Below the pieces are notes generated by a model. That model worked only from the letters and a program-made list of their open reading frames with translations. It searched no databases and had not been told where the DNA came from. Shown here in pieces: positions 61,950 to 64,000 of a stretch of DNA of 64,000 bases. Both the position numbers and the translations under genes were made by a program. Numbering within the stretch: the stretch's first letter is position 1; every line of letters begins with the position of its first letter. This DNA is from Octopus sinensis (Eukaryota): NCBI RefSeq assembly GCF_006345805.1, contig NC_043014.1, forward strand, positions 12,586,001-12,650,000, read 5' to 3'.

Positions 61950-63985
61950 ATTTCAAGGTGTTTCGCGTTGCAAGACAGTGTGTGAGAGAGAATCGTGATG
62001 TGGTAGGAGAGAAGTGTGTTCGTATGGAAGATGGTTCACTTGCGCTAAATGAGGATGCAAAGAGAGAGGTTTGGAGATGCCACTATGAAAGTTTGCTGAA
62101 TAAAGAAAATGAATGGGATAAAGAGAGTCTGCCGAATGTTGACCCAACAGAGGGACCAGCTATCCGAGTTGATAGTTCCGTGGTAGCTAAGGCAATTAGA
62201 AGCATGAAGACAGGAAAAGCCCCAGGCCCATCAGGAATCACTGCAGAGATGCTCAAAATGTCTGGTAGTGTCGGCTATAGCCTAGTCACCCATATAGTTA
62301 ATCAGGTGATACACAAAGGAGTCATACCCAATGACTGGTGTAGCAGCATAATAGTCAACTGCTACAAAGGTAAAGGTGACGCCCTAGATACAAATAACTA
62401 CAGAGGTATCAAGCTGTTGGATCAGGCAATGAAGGTTACGGAGATGGTCATAGCCCAGCTAATTAGAGAGAGAGTTAGTTTAGATGAGATGCAGTTTGGG
62501 TTTGTGCCAGGGAAAAGTACTACTGATGCTATATTCCTGGTAAGGCAGCTGCAGGAGAAATACCTAGCCAAAGATAAGCCCCTGTACCTGGCTTTTGTTG
62601 ACATGGAGAAAGCCTTCGACAGGGTCCCCCGATCCCTTATCTGGTGGGCAATGAGGAAACTAGGGATAGATGAATGGTTAGTGAGAGCTGTGCAGGCCAT
62701 GTATAGGGACGCTGCTAGTAGGGTGAGGGTTGGAAACGAGTACAGTGAAGAATTCTGGGTAGAGGTAGGGGTCCACCAAGGCTCAGTACTCAGCCCCCTC
62801 CTATTTATCATAGTCCTCCAGGCAATAACGGAGGAATTCAAGACAGGATGCCCTTGGGAGCTCCTCTATGCTGATGACCTTGCTCTAATTGCTGAGTCGC
62901 TATCAGAACTGGAGGAGAAGTTTCAGGTGTGGAAACAAGGATTAGAATCGAAGGCCTCAGAGTCAATCTAGCTAAAACCAAAGTCGTAATCAGTAGGAAG
63001 GTAGACAAATCACAAACGCCTTCAGGTAGATGGCCCTGCTCGATCTGTAGAAAAGGTGTTGGTAGAAACTCTATAAGATGCACCAAGTGTAAGCTATGGA
63101 CACATAAGAGGTGCAGCAATGTCAAAGGAAGGCTAACTAGGAAGATGGTTTTTGTATGTGGCAGATGCTCAGGAACAATAAACACTGAAAATGCTCTGAG
63201 ACCAACTTCCGTCACTTTCCAGGGAGAAAAACTAGAAATAGTTGATAGTTTCCGTTACCTAGGTGACCAAGTCAGCAGCGGGGGCGGGTGTGCTGAAAGT
63301 GTAACTGCTAGAGTAAGAATAGCTTGGGCAAAGTTCAGAGAGCTCTTACCTCTGCTGGTGACAAAAGGCCTCTCGCACAGAGTGAAAGGCAGACTGTATG
63401 ATGCGTGTGTACGAACAGCCATGCTACATGGCAGTGAAACATGGGCCGTGACCGCTGAGGATATGCGTAAGCTCGCAAGAAATGAAGCCAGTATGCTCCG
63501 ATGGATGTGTAATGTCAGTGTTCATAATCGACAGAGTGTAAGTACCTTGAGAGAAAAGCTGGACCTAAGAAGCATCAGTTGTGGTGTGCAAGAGAGACGA
63601 TTGCGCTATGGTCATGTGGCGAGAATGGATGAAGATAGTTGTGTGAAAAAGTGCCACACCCTAGCGGTTGAGGGAACCTGTGGAAGAGGCAAACCCAGGA
63701 AAACCTGGGACGAGGTGGTGAAGCACGACCTTCGAACTTTAGGTCTCACTGAGGAAATGACTAGAGACCGAGTCCTCTGGAAGTGTGCTGTGCGCGAGAA
63801 GACCCGGCAGGACAAGTGAGTCCATAACCCGTGGCCTTCTACTTGGGATGGAGCCAGCCTACGTATGCATACCTTCCCTTCTTGGGACACAAAACTCTAC
63901 TTGTGAAGACCTGTTGAGGCAAGTGAGGATCAGAATCGAAATCGATCAATGGAAATTGCAGATGTGTTACCAGTGCCGGTGGCAT
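61950..63985 (+). mobile_element. young 5'-truncated RTE-clade LINE (RT, Cys-rich insertion, 3' UTR); one frameshift near 62960
   Basis: NYRGIKLLDQ, QFGF, FVDMEKAFD, GVHQGSVLSPLLF, LLYADDL, FRYLG, CSICRKGVGRNSIRCTKCKLWTHKRC; ORF ends 63819. No APE domain; the Trp of RRLRW is deleted. Confidence 0.95.
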
Positions 63986-64000
63986 GTCGATACTCTACTT

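Noticed and set aside
61646-61950. N-terminal ~100 aa of the 441-aa ORF
   Set aside because: Starts at a TTG in intronic sequence with a poly-T tract; RTE homology begins only near 61950.

Overview
AT-rich, repeat-saturated eukaryotic genomic DNA. The SINE and RTE-LINE families look like those of octopus (coleoid cephalopod); this is inferred from repeat content only. One host gene is supported: a plus-strand bHLH transcription factor, most similar to USF3. It has a CpG-enriched promoter near 21.1-21.7 kb, a probable non-coding first exon (donor at 22080) and three phase-compatible coding exons (49165-49205, 57138-57264, 61230-61326); it continues beyond the window. The spliced N-terminus reads MENRFKITQSTIESTTEQDQKRITHNNSEKQRKEKIKTKIENIGHLLPRIRNNEKQSTLAILERAADYITEIQDKNDQLMCDNGVEVQ. 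The rest is intergenic or intronic DNA filled with transposable elements: three tRNA-derived SINE families, RTE LINEs (one young 5'-truncated copy plus many 3' ends), R4/Dong-like, HERO/NeSL-like, CR1/L2-like and Penelope-like remnants, a full-length DD36E Tc1-type transposon, several mariner remnants, TTAA-flanked piggyBac-type MITEs, a hAT MITE and a Helitron. The most notable observations are: (i) several minimal hammerhead-ribozyme motifs, including a tRNA-headed SINE-like element carrying a hammerhead module; (ii) a 144-nt hairpin with regularly spaced tandem G.A mismatches and a GAAA tetraloop; (iii) the DD36E transposon; (iv) possible A-to-I recoding of the bHLH basic region. All alignments and folds were done by eye; repeat boundaries are approximate unless TSDs or TIRs are quoted.
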